Assembly: GCA_017554335.1 (NCBI GenBank)
Contig: JAFZIO010000053.1
Coordinates: forward strand, 492 to 64,491
DNA length: 64,000 nt
Reading direction: 5' to 3'
Origin: Bacteroidales bacterium
GTDB lineage: Bacteria > Bacteroidota > Bacteroidia > Bacteroidales > UBA932
Shown piece by piece: positions 1-10,923 of this stretch (the first letter of the stretch is position 1; each line of letters opens with the position of its first letter). Under the pieces are notes generated by a model. It was given only the letters and a program-made list of their open reading frames with translations, did not search any database and had not been told where the DNA came from. The translations under genes were made by a program, and so were the position numbers.

Positions 1-198
1 GGTGCAGACAAGGGCTTCGCCATCCTCAAGGCCCGCGTGCCTCTGGCAGAGCTTTACCGCTACTCCACCACTCTGAGCTCCCTCACCGCCGGTTCCGCGA
101 CCTTCACCATGGAGTTCGCAGACTACCAGCCGGTTCCCGGTGACGTCCAGACCAAGCTCCTCGCCGACTACGCCGCCCAGGAGCAGGAGGAAGACTAA
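1..198 (+). CDS. fusA: Elongation factor G family, C-terminal fragment (probably EF-G2 paralog; truncated by window)
   Basis: Frame 1 translates to ...KARVPLAELYRYSTTLSSLTAGSATFTMEFADYQPVP...EQEED*, EF-G domain V signature. Confidence 0.85.
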   Translation, partial: GADKGFAILKARVPLAELYRYSTTLSSLTAGSATFTMEFADYQPVPGDVQTKLLADYAAQEQEED

Positions 199-215
199 TA
201 TTTATCTGTATAAGC

Positions 216-252
216 AAAAAGCGGCCGCCCGATCGGGTGGCCGCTTTTGTTT
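216..252. terminator. Bidirectional intrinsic terminator
   Basis: AAAAA-GCGGCCGCCC-GATC-GGGTGGCCGC-TTTTGTTTT between convergent genes. Confidence 0.85.
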
Positions 253-264
253 TATGACATCGCA

Positions 265-2205
265 TTACGCCTGCTCGCAAACGAACTTGAAGAAGGGTTC
301 GATATCCTTCTTGTCGCGGAATCGGGCGATGAAGACCTGGTCTCCGAGGGCGTCGGACAGGGCTGCGGGCATGCGGTCGCACATGCAGAGGTCTGCGCCG
401 TACCTGGCAAGGACTTCCTGATGTGAACGGACGTAACGGTGGGAGTCGCGGCGGCTGGCATAGGCGCAGTAATACTGGTCGCCATATCCTTTGCGGCGTT
501 CGTCAAAAGCTACCATGTCCGCCCAAATCTGGAACACGTCGGTGCTGTGGGCGAAGTTCATCATGTCCGGAGTATACCCTCCCGGCGGGCGCATGTTGAC
601 TTCCAGGCCCACATAATCGCCCTTCTTCCCCAGGCCTTCACGGTCGCGGTCCAGCTGGAAAAATTCCAAATGCACGAAGCGGCTCTTGATGCCGAAGGCT
701 TTTACTGTGCGGCGTCCGATGGCGGCAAGCTTGGCAGGAACGGTCTTGTTGGTCCAGTAGCAAGGGTCGAGGTTGTCGTGGACTATATTCATAATGGGCG
801 TGGGGAACACGCTGTTGTTCTCGAATACCGGCTCCATCTTGGAGTTGAAAATGGCATCGTAGCTCACCAGCAGGCCGGTTATGAATTCCTCAACCACGAA
901 TGCGCCGTAGTTGGACTCATGAGCCGCGAACCATTCCTTGAGCTCCTTGTCGGAATTCAGTTTGAAAGTGCCGCTGGCGCCCACGCCGTTGTCAGGCTTG
1001 GCAATGATGGGGTAGCCGGTCTTCTTTGCAAAGGCCAGCACCTTCTGCAAGCCTTCTGCGGCCTTGATCTGGCGGGCCGTAGGTACGTTGCCTGCGGCGT
1101 AATATTTCTTCATCTCGGATTTCTCCTTGATGGCGGCGATATGATCCAGCTTGATGCCGGAGCAGACATTGAAGTCCGTGCGCAGGCGTGCGTCCTGCTC
1201 CAGCCAGTATTCATTGTTGGATTCAATCCAGTCTATGCGGCCATATTTATGGGCGAACCAGGCTACGGCGCGATAGACCTCATTGTAATCTTCAAGATTG
1301 CGTACCTGATAGTAATCGGTCAGGGAGCTGCGAAGCTCGTTGTTAAGCTCTCCGTAAGGGGCGTCCGCTATACCCAGTACATTGACGCCGTTTGCCCTGA
1401 GACCAGCGCAGAAATGACTGTAGGTCTGAGGGAAATGAGGGGAAATAAAAACTACATTCATAAAGGTAAACACTTGATTTTCAGAACAAATTTGACGCAT
1501 GGCGCCATTGGAAATCTCCCAGGCGGTGCCGAAAAGGGTCTCGCGGCCATCCTTGCAGAGAATATAACCTCCGTCAGGGAAAGAATAGAAGCTGTGCCGC
1601 CAGCTGTCGAGGTAAATGACGTCTTCGAACAGGCGGCGGCCGTCCAGGACGAAATTACGTACCTGATGATAATGGGGGATTATCTGGAGTTTGGTAAGCC
1701 CGAGCCCGCGCAGCCAGCGGTTGTAATTCTGATCCGCCGCCTCTCCGGGCATCTCGGGATGTGAATAAACGAAGTCGGCACAGTTCATGCTCCCGGCGCT
1801 GCACCCCATAACAAGGCCGTCAAAGCCCTTAAGAAGCTCCTTCAAGCCTATTTCGTGAAGGAATTTATTCTGCGTGGGAACATGACCTCCGCAAAGGACT
1901 ATCCAGTCGGCGTCTCTAACCAACTCCGGAGCCTTTGCCGCATTCCTGCGGTCCAGCATAATTATAGAAGAGGGCTTGATTCCGGAGTTCCGGACGCATA
2001 GTGTCATGCCTTCGAGCACGCTGTCGGTGAAGGCCCTGTCGTCCGGTGCGGCACTGACCATAAGGATTGCGGGAGCCGCCTCCATGTGCTTACGGCGCCT
2101 GACCGCATCCGCCAGTTCCTCCTTGACGGTGGCCAGAAAGCCATTGTCTTCCGTAAACCGGTCTTCCCCGTAACGTGTCGGGCTGCCTGTCAGTATCAGC
2201 GTCAT
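265..2205 (-). CDS. Fusion of peptidase S51 (peptidase E/cyanophycinase-like) and ATP-grasp ligase domain
   Basis: N-terminal GGHVP, GCSAG nucleophile elbow, IPHY; C-terminal YPIIAKPDNGVGA, VEEFITG, VHLEFF, LEVNMRPPG. Start moved to MTLILTG at 2205. Confidence 0.8.
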   Translation of the reverse strand: MTLILTGSPTRYGEDRFTEDNGFLATVKEELADAVRRRKHMEAAPAILMVSAAPDDRAFTDSVLEGMTLCVRNSGIKPSSIIMLDRRNAAKAPELVRDADWIVLCGGHVPTQNKFLHEIGLKELLKGFDGLVMGCSAGSMNCADFVYSHPEMPGEAADQNYNRWLRGLGLTKLQIIPHYHQVRNFVLDGRRLFEDVIYLDSWRHSFYSFPDGGYILCKDGRETLFGTAWEISNGAMRQICSENQVFTFMNVVFISPHFPQTYSHFCAGLRANGVNVLGIADAPYGELNNELRSSLTDYYQVRNLEDYNEVYRAVAWFAHKYGRIDWIESNNEYWLEQDARLRTDFNVCSGIKLDHIAAIKEKSEMKKYYAAGNVPTARQIKAAEGLQKVLAFAKKTGYPIIAKPDNGVGASGTFKLNSDKELKEWFAAHESNYGAFVVEEFITGLLVSYDAIFNSKMEPVFENNSVFPTPIMNIVHDNLDPCYWTNKTVPAKLAAIGRRTVKAFGIKSRFVHLEFFQLDRDREGLGKKGDYVGLEVNMRPPGGYTPDMMNFAHSTDVFQIWADMVAFDERRKGYGDQYYCAYASRRDSHRYVRSHQEVLARYGADLCMCDRMPAALSDALGDQVFIARFRDKKDIEPFFKFVCEQA

Positions 2206-2240
2206 ACAAAGTGCAAAGGTAGTAATAATTACTGACGTGT

Positions 2241-2328
2241 GTCGCCGGAGGTACATTCACCTGGACCTCCGGCAGCAAAAAAGGCCTAAAATGACGCCGG
2301 AGGTACACGCAATTGTACCTCCGGCGAC
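2241..2328. repeat. REP/BIME-like 88-bp double-hairpin element, copy 1
   Basis: GTCGCCGGAGGTAC...GTACCTCCGGCGAC; near-identical inverted copy at 7131-7218 and diverged copy at 31730-31817. Confidence 0.9.
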
Positions 2329-2349
2329 GTTTAAACAATGCTAAAGGCC

Positions 2350-2676
2350 TTACGCCTCAGGAATCACCTGCCCCTTCGCCAAAACGTCGCGAAGCACACG
2401 CGCGAACTGGTCGGTGCAGGAGGTGCCGCGGCCGTTGCAGTTGATGCCGAGGAGCCTTTCAAGGGCAAACTCCGTAGTTGCGCCTTCGAGGAGTGCGCCT
2501 ATGGCCTTGAGGTTGCCGTTGCAGCCTCCGAGGTACTTAAGGTTGTGAATCTTGCCGTCCTCCAGGTCAAAGTCTATGAGCTTGGAGCACACGAGTTTGC
2601 TCGGCACGGCTGTAATATGGCGCACGCCGTTTTCTACGGTGTCTGCCACTATCTGATAGTCATCTCCCGGCAGCAT
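2350..2676 (-). CDS. TSCPD-domain protein (TIGR03905-like)
   Basis: VCSKLIDF...GGCNGNLKAIG...GINCNGRGTSCTDQ motif. Confidence 0.8.
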   Translation of the reverse strand: MLPGDDYQIVADTVENGVRHITAVPSKLVCSKLIDFDLEDGKIHNLKYLGGCNGNLKAIGALLEGATTEFALERLLGINCNGRGTSCTDQFARVLRDVLAKGQVIPEA

Positions 2677-2679
2677 AAA

Positions 2680-4446
2680 CTATTCTTTTACGGTTGAAGC
2701 AAGGAACAATTCGTCCATCTGGACCTGGTCTATCTTGGACGGGGAATCTATCATGACGTCGCGTCCCTGGTTGTTTTTCGGGAAGGCAATGTAGTCGCGG
2801 ATAGTTTCCTGGCCGCCGAACAGGGCGCATACGCGGTCGAATCCGAAGGCGAGTCCACCGTGAGGCGGGGCGCCGAACTTGAAGGCGTTGATGATGAAGC
2901 CGAATTTGTACTCGGCCTCCTCGGGACCTATGCCCAGCACCTCGAACATACGCTTCTGCATGTCGGCGTTATGGATACGGATAGATCCGCCGCCAAGCTC
3001 GGTGCCGTTGAGCACGAAGTCGTATGCGTTGGCGCACACCCTCTCCAGATCTTCTTTCTTGTCGGAATAGAACCACTTCTCGTGCTCCGGCTTGGGGGCT
3101 GTGAAGGGGTGGTGCATGGCGTAGAAGCGGCCGTCCTCCTCGCTCCACTCGAGCAGGGGGAAGTCCACGATCCACAGGGGTGCGAACACGTGAGGGTCGC
3201 GCATGCCGAGGCGGTTGCCCATCTCGATACGCAGCACGCCCAGGCGGGTCTGCGTCTTTCGCTTCTCGCCGCACATGACAAGCAGGAGGTCTCCGGCACC
3301 GGCGCCGCACGCGGAAGCAACAGCCTGCAGCTGCTCGGGGGTATAGAACTTGTCGACGGAGGATTTCACACTGCCGTCGGCATTCAGCTTAACGTACACG
3401 AGTCCCTTGGCGCCCACCTGCGGACGTTTGACCCATTCGGTCAGTTCGTCCAGCTGCTTGCGGGTGTACTCTGCGCATCCGGGGACGGCGATGGCGCCCA
3501 CGTACGGGGAATCGTCGAACACGCTGAAGCCGCATCCCTGGACCAGAGGCGTCACCTCGTGGATCTCCATGCCGAAGCGCACGTCGGGCTTGTCGGAGCC
3601 GTACTTGTCCATGGCGTCGTACCAGCTCATGCGGGGGAGCGGGTTGGGGATGTCGACGCCGAGGGCGTTCTTGAACATCTGCCGCATCATGCCTTCGAAG
3701 GTGTTCAGCACGTCGTCCTGCTCCACGAAGCTCATTTCGCAGTCGATCTGGGTGAACTCGGGCTGACGGTCGGCGCGCAGGTCCTCGTCGCGGAAGCAGC
3801 GGACAATCTGGAAGTAGCGGTCGTAGCCGGCCACCATCAGCAGCTGCTTGAAGGTCTGGGGGCTCTGCGGAAGGGCGTAGAACGTACCGGGGTTCATGCG
3901 GGACGGCACCACGAAGTCGCGGGCTCCCTCGGGAGTGGACTTGATGAGGTACGGCGTCTCTATTTCCATGAAGCCTTCCCCGTCGAGGTAGGTACGGATC
4001 TCCTGGGCGAGCCGGTGCCTGAGGGCGAGGGCGCGCTGCAGGGGCGGACGGCGGAGGTCGAGGTAGCGGTACTTGGCGCGCAGGTCCTCACCGCCGTCGG
4101 AGGTCTCCTCGATGGTGAACGGAGGCACGGCGGACGCGTTCAATATATTGATGTTCAGAACTTTGATCTCAATGTCACCGGTGGGCATCTTGGGGTTCTT
4201 GCTCTCACGCTCAAGCACTTCGCCCTCTACCTGGATCACGTACTCGCGTCCCAGGGAGGAGGCTTTCTCCACCAGTTCGGGGGCGGCGTCGGCCTCTACG
4301 ACCAGCTGCGTGATGCCGTAACGGTCGCGCAGGTCGATGAAGGTCATGCCTCCGAGTTTGCGGGATTTCTGCACCCATCCCGCGAGGGTGACTTTCTTGC
4401 CTTTGTCGGCTATGCGGAGTTCTCCGCAAGTGTGGGTTCTGTACAT
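2680..4446 (-). CDS. aspS: Aspartate--tRNA ligase
   Basis: [11 protein letters not shown] start, [37 protein letters not shown]. Confidence 0.98.
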   Translation of the reverse strand: MYRTHTCGELRIADKGKKVTLAGWVQKSRKLGGMTFIDLRDRYGITQLVVEADAAPELVEKASSLGREYVIQVEGEVLERESKNPKMPTGDIEIKVLNINILNASAVPPFTIEETSDGGEDLRAKYRYLDLRRPPLQRALALRHRLAQEIRTYLDGEGFMEIETPYLIKSTPEGARDFVVPSRMNPGTFYALPQSPQTFKQLLMVAGYDRYFQIVRCFRDEDLRADRQPEFTQIDCEMSFVEQDDVLNTFEGMMRQMFKNALGVDIPNPLPRMSWYDAMDKYGSDKPDVRFGMEIHEVTPLVQGCGFSVFDDSPYVGAIAVPGCAEYTRKQLDELTEWVKRPQVGAKGLVYVKLNADGSVKSSVDKFYTPEQLQAVASACGAGAGDLLLVMCGEKRKTQTRLGVLRIEMGNRLGMRDPHVFAPLWIVDFPLLEWSEEDGRFYAMHHPFTAPKPEHEKWFYSDKKEDLERVCANAYDFVLNGTELGGGSIRIHNADMQKRMFEVLGIGPEEAEYKFGFIINAFKFGAPPHGGLAFGFDRVCALFGGQETIRDYIAFPKNNQGRDVMIDSPSKIDQVQMDELFLASTVKE

Positions 4447-4509
4447 ATAACTATGTGTCTGATGTTCAAGATTGCAAATTTAGCAAATATTTGTTATTTT
4501 TACGGAGAT

Positions 4510-5820
4510 ATGAGCTCATTCATCGTAGAAGGAGGCCACCGTCTGAGTGGCAGCATAGCACCGCAGGGCGCAAAGAACGAAGCCTTGGAGGTTATCAGCG
4601 CAGTGTTGCTGACTTCCGAGACTGTCACCATCGACAATATTCCGGATATTCTGGACATCCGCAACCTGATTTCCCTGCTGGAAGGCATGGGCGTGAAGGT
4701 GGAGCGGCACAGCAAGGGCAAGTATTCATTTACTGCCGCCCATATCAACGAATTCTACATTTCCAGTGCGGAGTTCGTGGAGAAGTGTGCCCGCTTGAGG
4801 GGGTCGGTGATGGTCGTGGGCCCGCTGCTCGCCCGCTTCGGCCAGGCGTGGTTCCCCAAACCCGGCGGCGACAAAATCGGCCGGCGGAGGGTGGACACCC
4901 ACATCGACGGCTTCATCAAGCTGGGGGCCGACTGCTCCTACGACTCCTCCCGCCGCGCGTACAAGCTCAGCACGCAGGAGCGCCTGCAAGGGAGCTACAT
5001 GCTGCTGGACGAGGCATCCGTCACCGGTACGGCCAACATAGTCATGGCGGCCACGCTGGCAAAGGGGGTGACGACCATTTACAACGCCGCCTGCGAGCCC
5101 TACGTGCAGCAACTCTGCAAGCTGCTGGTGGCCATGGGCGCGAAAATCGACGGCATAGGTTCCAACCTGCTGACCATCACCGGCGTAGATGAGCTCCACG
5201 GCGCCGGCCACAAGGTGTTGCCGGACATGATCGAGGTGGGCTCCTTCATCGGTATGGCGGCCATCAACCAGAGCGAGCTGACCATCACCGACGTGCATTA
5301 CAACGAGCTCGGCATCATACCGGAGTGCTTCAGGCGCCTCGGCATACGGCTCGAGCAGAGGGGCGACGACATCTACGTGCCCTCCCAGGAGAGCTACGTC
5401 ATTGAGTCGTTCATCGACGGCTCCATCATGACCATCGCGGATGCCCCGTGGCCCGGACTCACCCCCGACCTGCTGTCCGTCATGCTGGTGACGGCCGTTC
5501 AGTGCCGCGGCAGCGTGCTGATCCACCAGAAGATGTTCGAGAGCCGCCTGTTCTTCGTGGATAAGCTGATAGACATGGGAGCCCAGATCATCCTTTGCGA
5601 CCCGCACCGTGCCGTGGTCATTGGGCATGACCACCGGATGCAGCTCCGCGCCGGCCGAATGACCTCTCCGGATATCCGTGCCGGTATTGCCCTGCTGCTC
5701 GCTGCCATGTCCGCAAAGGGTACCTCGGTTATAGACAACATAGACCAGATAGACCGCGGCTACGAAGACATAGATGTGCGTCTGAACGCCCTGGGCGCCC
5801 ATATCGAGCGTAAAAAATGA
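4510..5820 (+). CDS. murA: UDP-N-acetylglucosamine 1-carboxyvinyltransferase
   Basis: GAKNEAL, PGGDKIGRR (Asp at the Cys115-equivalent position), SVTGTAN, SPDIRAG, IDRGYE; true start MSSFIVEGG at 4510. Confidence 0.95.
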   Translation: MSSFIVEGGHRLSGSIAPQGAKNEALEVISAVLLTSETVTIDNIPDILDIRNLISLLEGMGVKVERHSKGKYSFTAAHINEFYISSAEFVEKCARLRGSVMVVGPLLARFGQAWFPKPGGDKIGRRRVDTHIDGFIKLGADCSYDSSRRAYKLSTQERLQGSYMLLDEASVTGTANIVMAATLAKGVTTIYNAACEPYVQQLCKLLVAMGAKIDGIGSNLLTITGVDELHGAGHKVLPDMIEVGSFIGMAAINQSELTITDVHYNELGIIPECFRRLGIRLEQRGDDIYVPSQESYVIESFIDGSIMTIADAPWPGLTPDLLSVMLVTAVQCRGSVLIHQKMFESRLFFVDKLIDMGAQIILCDPHRAVVIGHDHRMQLRAGRMTSPDIRAGIALLLAAMSAKGTSVIDNIDQIDRGYEDIDVRLNALGAHIERKK

Positions 5821-7112
5821 GGTGCCTTAAGTTCTTCTTGTGCTGCTTGTCCGCACTCTGCGCCACGGTACTTTGTGTCGCGCAGACCGACACTTCGGCG
5901 GTGAAGCATCACTTCTCCGGGAGCGCCAGTATGTGGTCCCGCGGAGAAATCAGGGACGGTGCCCTTCCGGCCGAAAACGGGGAAGACTTTGCCGCGTTCC
6001 TGATGGGCAAAACCACTCTCCAGCTGGATTATACGAGCCCGTGGCTGGATGTTCGCTTCGCTCCTAAATATTTCGGAGTCTGGGGATCCAGCTCCAGCGG
6101 CAACCTGGGCATAGACGAGGCCTGGCTGGGGCTGAAAAGCCCTGTCGGACTGTTTGTAAGGCTCGGACGGCAGAAACTCTCCTACGACGACCAGCGTATC
6201 ATAGGCGATGACGACTGGGCCATGGCTCCTATAACCCACGATGTGGTCAAGGCAGGATACGAAGGCAAGAAGCACAAGCTGCATTTGCTGCTGGCTTTCA
6301 ACCAGAACAACGAAAATCTCAACGGCGGAACGGTGTACGTGAATGGCGGGCAGGATTACAAATCCATGGAGACCCTCTGGTACCATTACGATCCGTTCCC
6401 TTGGCTGGGCGGTTCCCTGATTGCCATGAACATGGGGATGCAAAGCCGCCTGACTGGAGAGTATAAATCCTACTTCCAGCAGCTGTTCGGAGCCTTCCTG
6501 AATGTGCATCCCAAGAATTTCAGCTTCCAGGCTTCATATTACCGCCAGACCGGCAAGACCGAATACGCGCTTCCCATTCACGCATGGATGACGAGTGCAG
6601 AGTCTTCCTGGCAGATTATTCCGCAGGTTGGCGTGAAGGCAGGGTATTTCTACATGAGCGGCGACCCTACGTTCTTTGTGCCGCAGGAGCATACTTTCGG
6701 GATGGCCAGGAAGACTGAAGTGTGCGGCTTCAATCCCATGTTCGGCTCTCACCACAAGTTCTACGGAGCCATGGACTTCTTCTACGTCACCACATATTAT
6801 GGCGGAAACACTCCCGGCCTGCAGGACCTGCACATCGGCGCTACATGGAGTCCGTCGAAGAAGTTTGACCTTCAAGGGGCGTGGCACTACCTTGCCACGA
6901 GCGTGGTTGTCGACGACAGGGGAAAGGCTCTCGGAAACGAGTGGGAGCTGTCCCTCAATTGGAAACTGGCCCCGGATGTAAGCCTGATGGCCGGCTACTC
7001 CTTCATGCACGGCACGGAAATCATGTCTTTGCTCAAGCGCTCCGATGAGCACAACCGCCTTCAGTGGGGCTGGCTGATGCTCGTTGTGACGCCGGAGTTC
7101 TTTAAACTGTAG
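5817..7112 (+). CDS. Alginate-export-family outer-membrane beta-barrel protein
   Basis: Signal peptide, LGRQKLSYDDQRIIG motif, aromatic-rich beta strands. Confidence 0.75.
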   Translation: MRCLKFFLCCLSALCATVLCVAQTDTSAVKHHFSGSASMWSRGEIRDGALPAENGEDFAAFLMGKTTLQLDYTSPWLDVRFAPKYFGVWGSSSSGNLGIDEAWLGLKSPVGLFVRLGRQKLSYDDQRIIGDDDWAMAPITHDVVKAGYEGKKHKLHLLLAFNQNNENLNGGTVYVNGGQDYKSMETLWYHYDPFPWLGGSLIAMNMGMQSRLTGEYKSYFQQLFGAFLNVHPKNFSFQASYYRQTGKTEYALPIHAWMTSAESSWQIIPQVGVKAGYFYMSGDPTFFVPQEHTFGMARKTEVCGFNPMFGSHHKFYGAMDFFYVTTYYGGNTPGLQDLHIGATWSPSKKFDLQGAWHYLATSVVVDDRGKALGNEWELSLNWKLAPDVSLMAGYSFMHGTEIMSLLKRSDEHNRLQWGWLMLVVTPEFFKL

Positions 7113-7130
7113 TTGAGTTTGATTCAGCAC

Positions 7131-7218
7131 GTCGCCGGAGGTACAATTGCGTGTACCTCCGGCGTCATTTTTGGCCCTTTTTGCTGCCGGAGGTCCAGGT
7201 GAATGTACCTCCGGCGAC
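7131..7218. repeat. REP/BIME-like 88-bp double-hairpin element, copy 2 (inverted relative to copy 1)
   Basis: Reverse complement matches 2241-2328 with 2 mismatches; lies between convergent genes. Confidence 0.9.
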
Positions 7219-7231
7219 ACTTTAAAAAAGT

Positions 7232-8107
7232 TTACAGTCCCAGCACGCTCTTCATCAGCTCGCGGGTGGCTTCAGAGGCAGGGACCAGCGGCAGGCGCAT
7301 GGCATCTGAGCAGAAGCCCATCAGGGACAGCGCGGCTTTGGCGGGGATAGGGTTGGACTCTACAAAACAAGCTTTGTAGAGAGGTTTCAAGGCCTCGTTC
7401 ATAGCCTCGGCCTCAGGCCAGCGGCCCTCAAGGGCGGCTGCGCAAAGGGAAGAAACCTTGTCAGGCAGAATGTTGGAAGCCACAGAGATAACTCCGCGGG
7501 CGCCAGCCTTCATCATATCCAGAGTCAAATCGTCGTCACCGCTCAGGACCACAAAGTCGGAGGGGGCACCGGCAACTATCTGGGCAGCCTGCTCCAACTT
7601 TCCGGAAGCTTCTTTGATGCCTATCACGCCGGGAATCTCGCGTGCGATCCTCAACGCAGTTTCCGGGAGCATATTCACCCCCGTCCTGCCGGGCACATTG
7701 TACATCACTATAGGTTTGGTGCTCTCTGCAGCTATAGCTTTGTAATACTGATACATACCCTCCTGGGTAGGCTTGTTGTAGAAAGGCACCACGACCAGCC
7801 ATGCGTCGGCAGCACTGCCCTCAAGAGCCTGCATATTGAACAGGGTTCCGCGCACGGAATTGCTGCCACATCCGACCAGCAGGGGAAGCTTCCCGGCAAC
7901 GTCGTGGGTAATGTCCAGAAGCGCAAGCCGCTCCATGGGATCAAGCGTAGGAGTCTCGGCGGTAGTTCCAAGGGGAACCAGGAAATCTACACCGCCTGCC
8001 ACCTGGCGCTCAACCAAAGCACCATAAGCTTCGTAATCTACATCGCCATCCTTCAAGAACGGCGTCACAAGGGCGGTTCCGCACCCTTTAAGTTCGGGAA
8101 TCTTCAT
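7232..8107 (-). CDS. dapA: 4-hydroxy-tetrahydrodipicolinate synthase
   Basis: ALVTPF, LGTTAE, YNVPGRTG, GIKEASG, SNPIPAK. Confidence 0.95.
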   Translation of the reverse strand: MKIPELKGCGTALVTPFLKDGDVDYEAYGALVERQVAGGVDFLVPLGTTAETPTLDPMERLALLDITHDVAGKLPLLVGCGSNSVRGTLFNMQALEGSAADAWLVVVPFYNKPTQEGMYQYYKAIAAESTKPIVMYNVPGRTGVNMLPETALRIAREIPGVIGIKEASGKLEQAAQIVAGAPSDFVVLSGDDDLTLDMMKAGARGVISVASNILPDKVSSLCAAALEGRWPEAEAMNEALKPLYKACFVESNPIPAKAALSLMGFCSDAMRLPLVPASEATRELMKSVLGL

Positions 8108-8108
8108 A

Positions 8109-8777
8109 CTATTTGATTATCAGTTCTTTAAATGTGTGTACTCCGGTAAGTCCCTCGGTCATCGTGGCGGCCACAACGGCCCCTTCTGCAAAGCCCTGGC
8201 GGGAAAAAGCCTCATGGGAAATCTTTATTTTGTCGACCTCTGACTTGAACTTAACCACATGGGTTCCGGGAACCTCGCCCTCGCGTATGGAAGTAATGTC
8301 TGGCCTCAAGCCCAGATGCCCGGCAACTATCTCTGCCATACTCTTGGCGGTACCGCTGGGCGCGTCCAGCTTGTGAATATGGTGGGTTTCCTCAATGTGC
8401 GGCACATAGCCGTAGCCACGAAGCACGTCGGAAACCTTCTCCAGGGCGGCATAGACGGCATTAACGCCTATGGAATAATTGGAAGAATAAATCATGGGCG
8501 TGCCGGCCTTCTCAAAAGCGGCAACAACATCTTCACGTATGTCTTCCCAGCCTGTGGTTCCTACAACCACGGCCTTGAAATGCTCTGCAAGCCATTTATA
8601 GTTGGCTTTAAATGCTGCCGGAGTCGTGAAATCTATGCACACGCACTCACGCGCCAGCGCCGGATCCACCGAACATACGTCTTCAGAAACGCCCGCAAGC
8701 TTCAGCCCGCGGTGCAGGATAACTCCTTCAATCATACGGCCCATCCGACCGTATCCGCTGATAAAAATGTTGACCAT
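8109..8777 (-). CDS. dapB: 4-hydroxy-tetrahydrodipicolinate reductase
   Basis: GYGRMG, VVGTTG, ETHHIHKLDAPSGTA. Confidence 0.95.
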   Translation of the reverse strand: MVNIFISGYGRMGRMIEGVILHRGLKLAGVSEDVCSVDPALARECVCIDFTTPAAFKANYKWLAEHFKAVVVGTTGWEDIREDVVAAFEKAGTPMIYSSNYSIGVNAVYAALEKVSDVLRGYGYVPHIEETHHIHKLDAPSGTAKSMAEIVAGHLGLRPDITSIREGEVPGTHVVKFKSEVDKIKISHEAFSRQGFAEGAVVAATMTEGLTGVHTFKELIIK

Positions 8778-8780
8778 AAA

Positions 8781-10868
8781 CTATTGCAAAATATTCCTGA
8801 TGATTCCGCGGGCCGCCAGGTGGGCACCCTCTCCGGAACCTTTAATGACCAATGGATAAGCGTCCCCGCTATGTATGACCGTCACGTTCTCAGTACCGCT
8901 GATCCAGTAGAACGGACTGTCTATGCCAACCAGCTGCATACGGATCTGCGCCCTGTAGCAACCGTCGTCTTCGCGGCGCAGGGAGGCCACGAAACGCTGT
9001 CGCATGCCTATTGCGTCCAGCTCGTCTTCCCGCTGGACGAAGAGTTTCTCGTTCTCGTCCAGCTTACGGTAGAAGTCTTCCACGCTGCCCTCGAAGTATT
9101 CCGGGCCGAGCATGGGAACGATCTCCACATCCTTCTCCTCCAGCGGCACGCCGGCCTCACGGGAAAGGATGAGCAGCTTGCGGAGGGCGTCACGGCCGCC
9201 GAGGTCGGTACGGGGGTCATGCTCGGTCAGACCCTCCTCCTGCGCCTTCCTGAGCAGGGTGGCGAAGGTCTCCCGGCGCACGCCGTCGTAGCCGGTAATA
9301 ACATAATTCAGGGTGCAGGAGACCACCGCCTCTATCAGTGACACCCCGTCGCCGCAATTGGCGCCGTCGGAGATAGACTGAAGTATGGGAAGGGCGTTGC
9401 CCACGGTGGTGTCGTAGCGGAAGAAGCATCCGTTCTCTGCCGCTGCGTTCTTGATGGCGGCATACTCAACGTACGGGATGGCCAGCGAGCGGCGGTTGGA
9501 GCACACTATGTTCACTCCGGCCTGCAGTAGCGGCACGAACCAGCGCCAGATATCCTCGCTGTCCGTGCAGTCCACGAAGACGCTGCGGCTGCGGGCCACC
9601 GAAAGCACATGCTCGGCGAACCCGTGGTCGCTGGAAATCTCCACTATCCTCAGGCGTTTGCCGGCGGAGGGGAACTTGCCGTCGTTGCCGTCGACAATGG
9701 ACTTCAGCGCCTGCCCGACGGCACCGTTGCCGGCCACGTAAACGTCTATCAGCGAGAGCGTACGCTCCTCGAAGAACTCCCGGTGGATTGCGGCGACGGC
9801 GTTCTTGGCAACGTTGGTGCGGACGGTGATGAACCAGTTGACGCCACCCTCCGTCTCCACGTCTCCGAGAGGCTTGATCCCGGCGTCGCGCAGGGCGGTA
9901 GATATACGCCTGGCAGCCACCGACTTACCGGTGGACGGACCCTCTCCTGTCAGGCAGATGCGGGAGGTACCTTCAAGGGCGTCGTCTACGGAAGAAACGC
10001 CCTTCCACTCACGCACGCCGGCGCTTCGGTCGCTGATGACCGTACCCGGATGCCCGGGGTCGAAAGTGTTCCGTATGTTGATGGCGATGCCGCGCAGGCG
10101 GGCGGGCTCGACGGCGGGCGCATAGAGCACCTTGGCGCCGTAGCGGGCCATGTCGAAAGCGGCACGGTAGCTGATTTCCGGTATGGTGCGGGCGGCAGGG
10201 ACCACCTTGGGGTTGGCGGTCATGATGCCGGGAACGTCGGTCCAGATCTGCAGGTCCACGGAATCGAAGGCGGCGGCAAAAATTGAGGCGCTGTAGTCGG
10301 AGCCTCCGCGCCCGAGGGTGGTGACGTTGCCCTTCGTGTCACGGGCGATGAAGCCCGGGGCCACGAACACGCGCGCCTCGGGATGGGCGTCGACCGCTGC
10401 ACGGATGGCGCTGCAACTGGCCTCAAGGTCCACCGGTCCGCCGACGGAACCGCTTCCGGGGGCCGTAAGCACGAGGTCGCGGGAGTCCAGCCATTGCGTC
10501 TTGTAGCCTTCGCAAGAGAGCTTGCGGGCCAGGATGCGGGTGGACAGCAATTCGCCGAAGGACTCGATTACCGGCGGTATGCAGCGGATTTCGGAGAAAG
10601 TAGTACGGCAGTCACCTATGGCTTCGGCACGTTCAGCGCCGGTGAAGAGACGGGAGATTATGGCCAGGTGGCGGTCCCTCAACGCATTGATGAGTTGCTC
10701 TGAATCTTCCGACTTTCCTATCTGGATGAGTGCGTCGGTGCAGCCGCTGATGGCCGAACTGATAAGTATAACTCTGTCTTTCGCCGCTGCCTGCTCAACT
10801 ATATCGAGAACGCGGGACATCGCCGTCGCGCTGGCTACCGACGATCCGCCGAATTTAAGTACAATCAT
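8781..10868 (-). CDS. thrA: Bifunctional aspartokinase/homoserine dehydrogenase
   Basis: [26 protein letters not shown]; GNGAVG and [17 protein letters not shown] in the HSDH part. Confidence 0.88.
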   Translation of the reverse strand: MIVLKFGGSSVASATAMSRVLDIVEQAAAKDRVILISSAISGCTDALIQIGKSEDSEQLINALRDRHLAIISRLFTGAERAEAIGDCRTTFSEIRCIPPVIESFGELLSTRILARKLSCEGYKTQWLDSRDLVLTAPGSGSVGGPVDLEASCSAIRAAVDAHPEARVFVAPGFIARDTKGNVTTLGRGGSDYSASIFAAAFDSVDLQIWTDVPGIMTANPKVVPAARTIPEISYRAAFDMARYGAKVLYAPAVEPARLRGIAINIRNTFDPGHPGTVISDRSAGVREWKGVSSVDDALEGTSRICLTGEGPSTGKSVAARRISTALRDAGIKPLGDVETEGGVNWFITVRTNVAKNAVAAIHREFFEERTLSLIDVYVAGNGAVGQALKSIVDGNDGKFPSAGKRLRIVEISSDHGFAEHVLSVARSRSVFVDCTDSEDIWRWFVPLLQAGVNIVCSNRRSLAIPYVEYAAIKNAAAENGCFFRYDTTVGNALPILQSISDGANCGDGVSLIEAVVSCTLNYVITGYDGVRRETFATLLRKAQEEGLTEHDPRTDLGGRDALRKLLILSREAGVPLEEKDVEIVPMLGPEYFEGSVEDFYRKLDENEKLFVQREDELDAIGMRQRFVASLRREDDGCYRAQIRMQLVGIDSPFYWISGTENVTVIHSGDAYPLVIKGSGEGAHLAARGIIRNILQ

Positions 10869-10923
10869 AACTAAGCTGAAACTGAACAAATATAGCAAAG
10901 TTTTTTGTTATATTTGTCAAAAT

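Noticed and set aside
439-1764. Long antisense ORFs (also 4726-5802, 10855-12318, 16145-17341, 57184-58320 and others)
   Set aside because: Stop-poor shadows of real genes in GC-rich DNA, with no recognisable motifs.
2860-4509. 986-aa ORF suggesting a long N-terminal extension of MurA
   Set aside because: The extension is the antisense shadow of aspS; MurA homology starts at ATG 4510.
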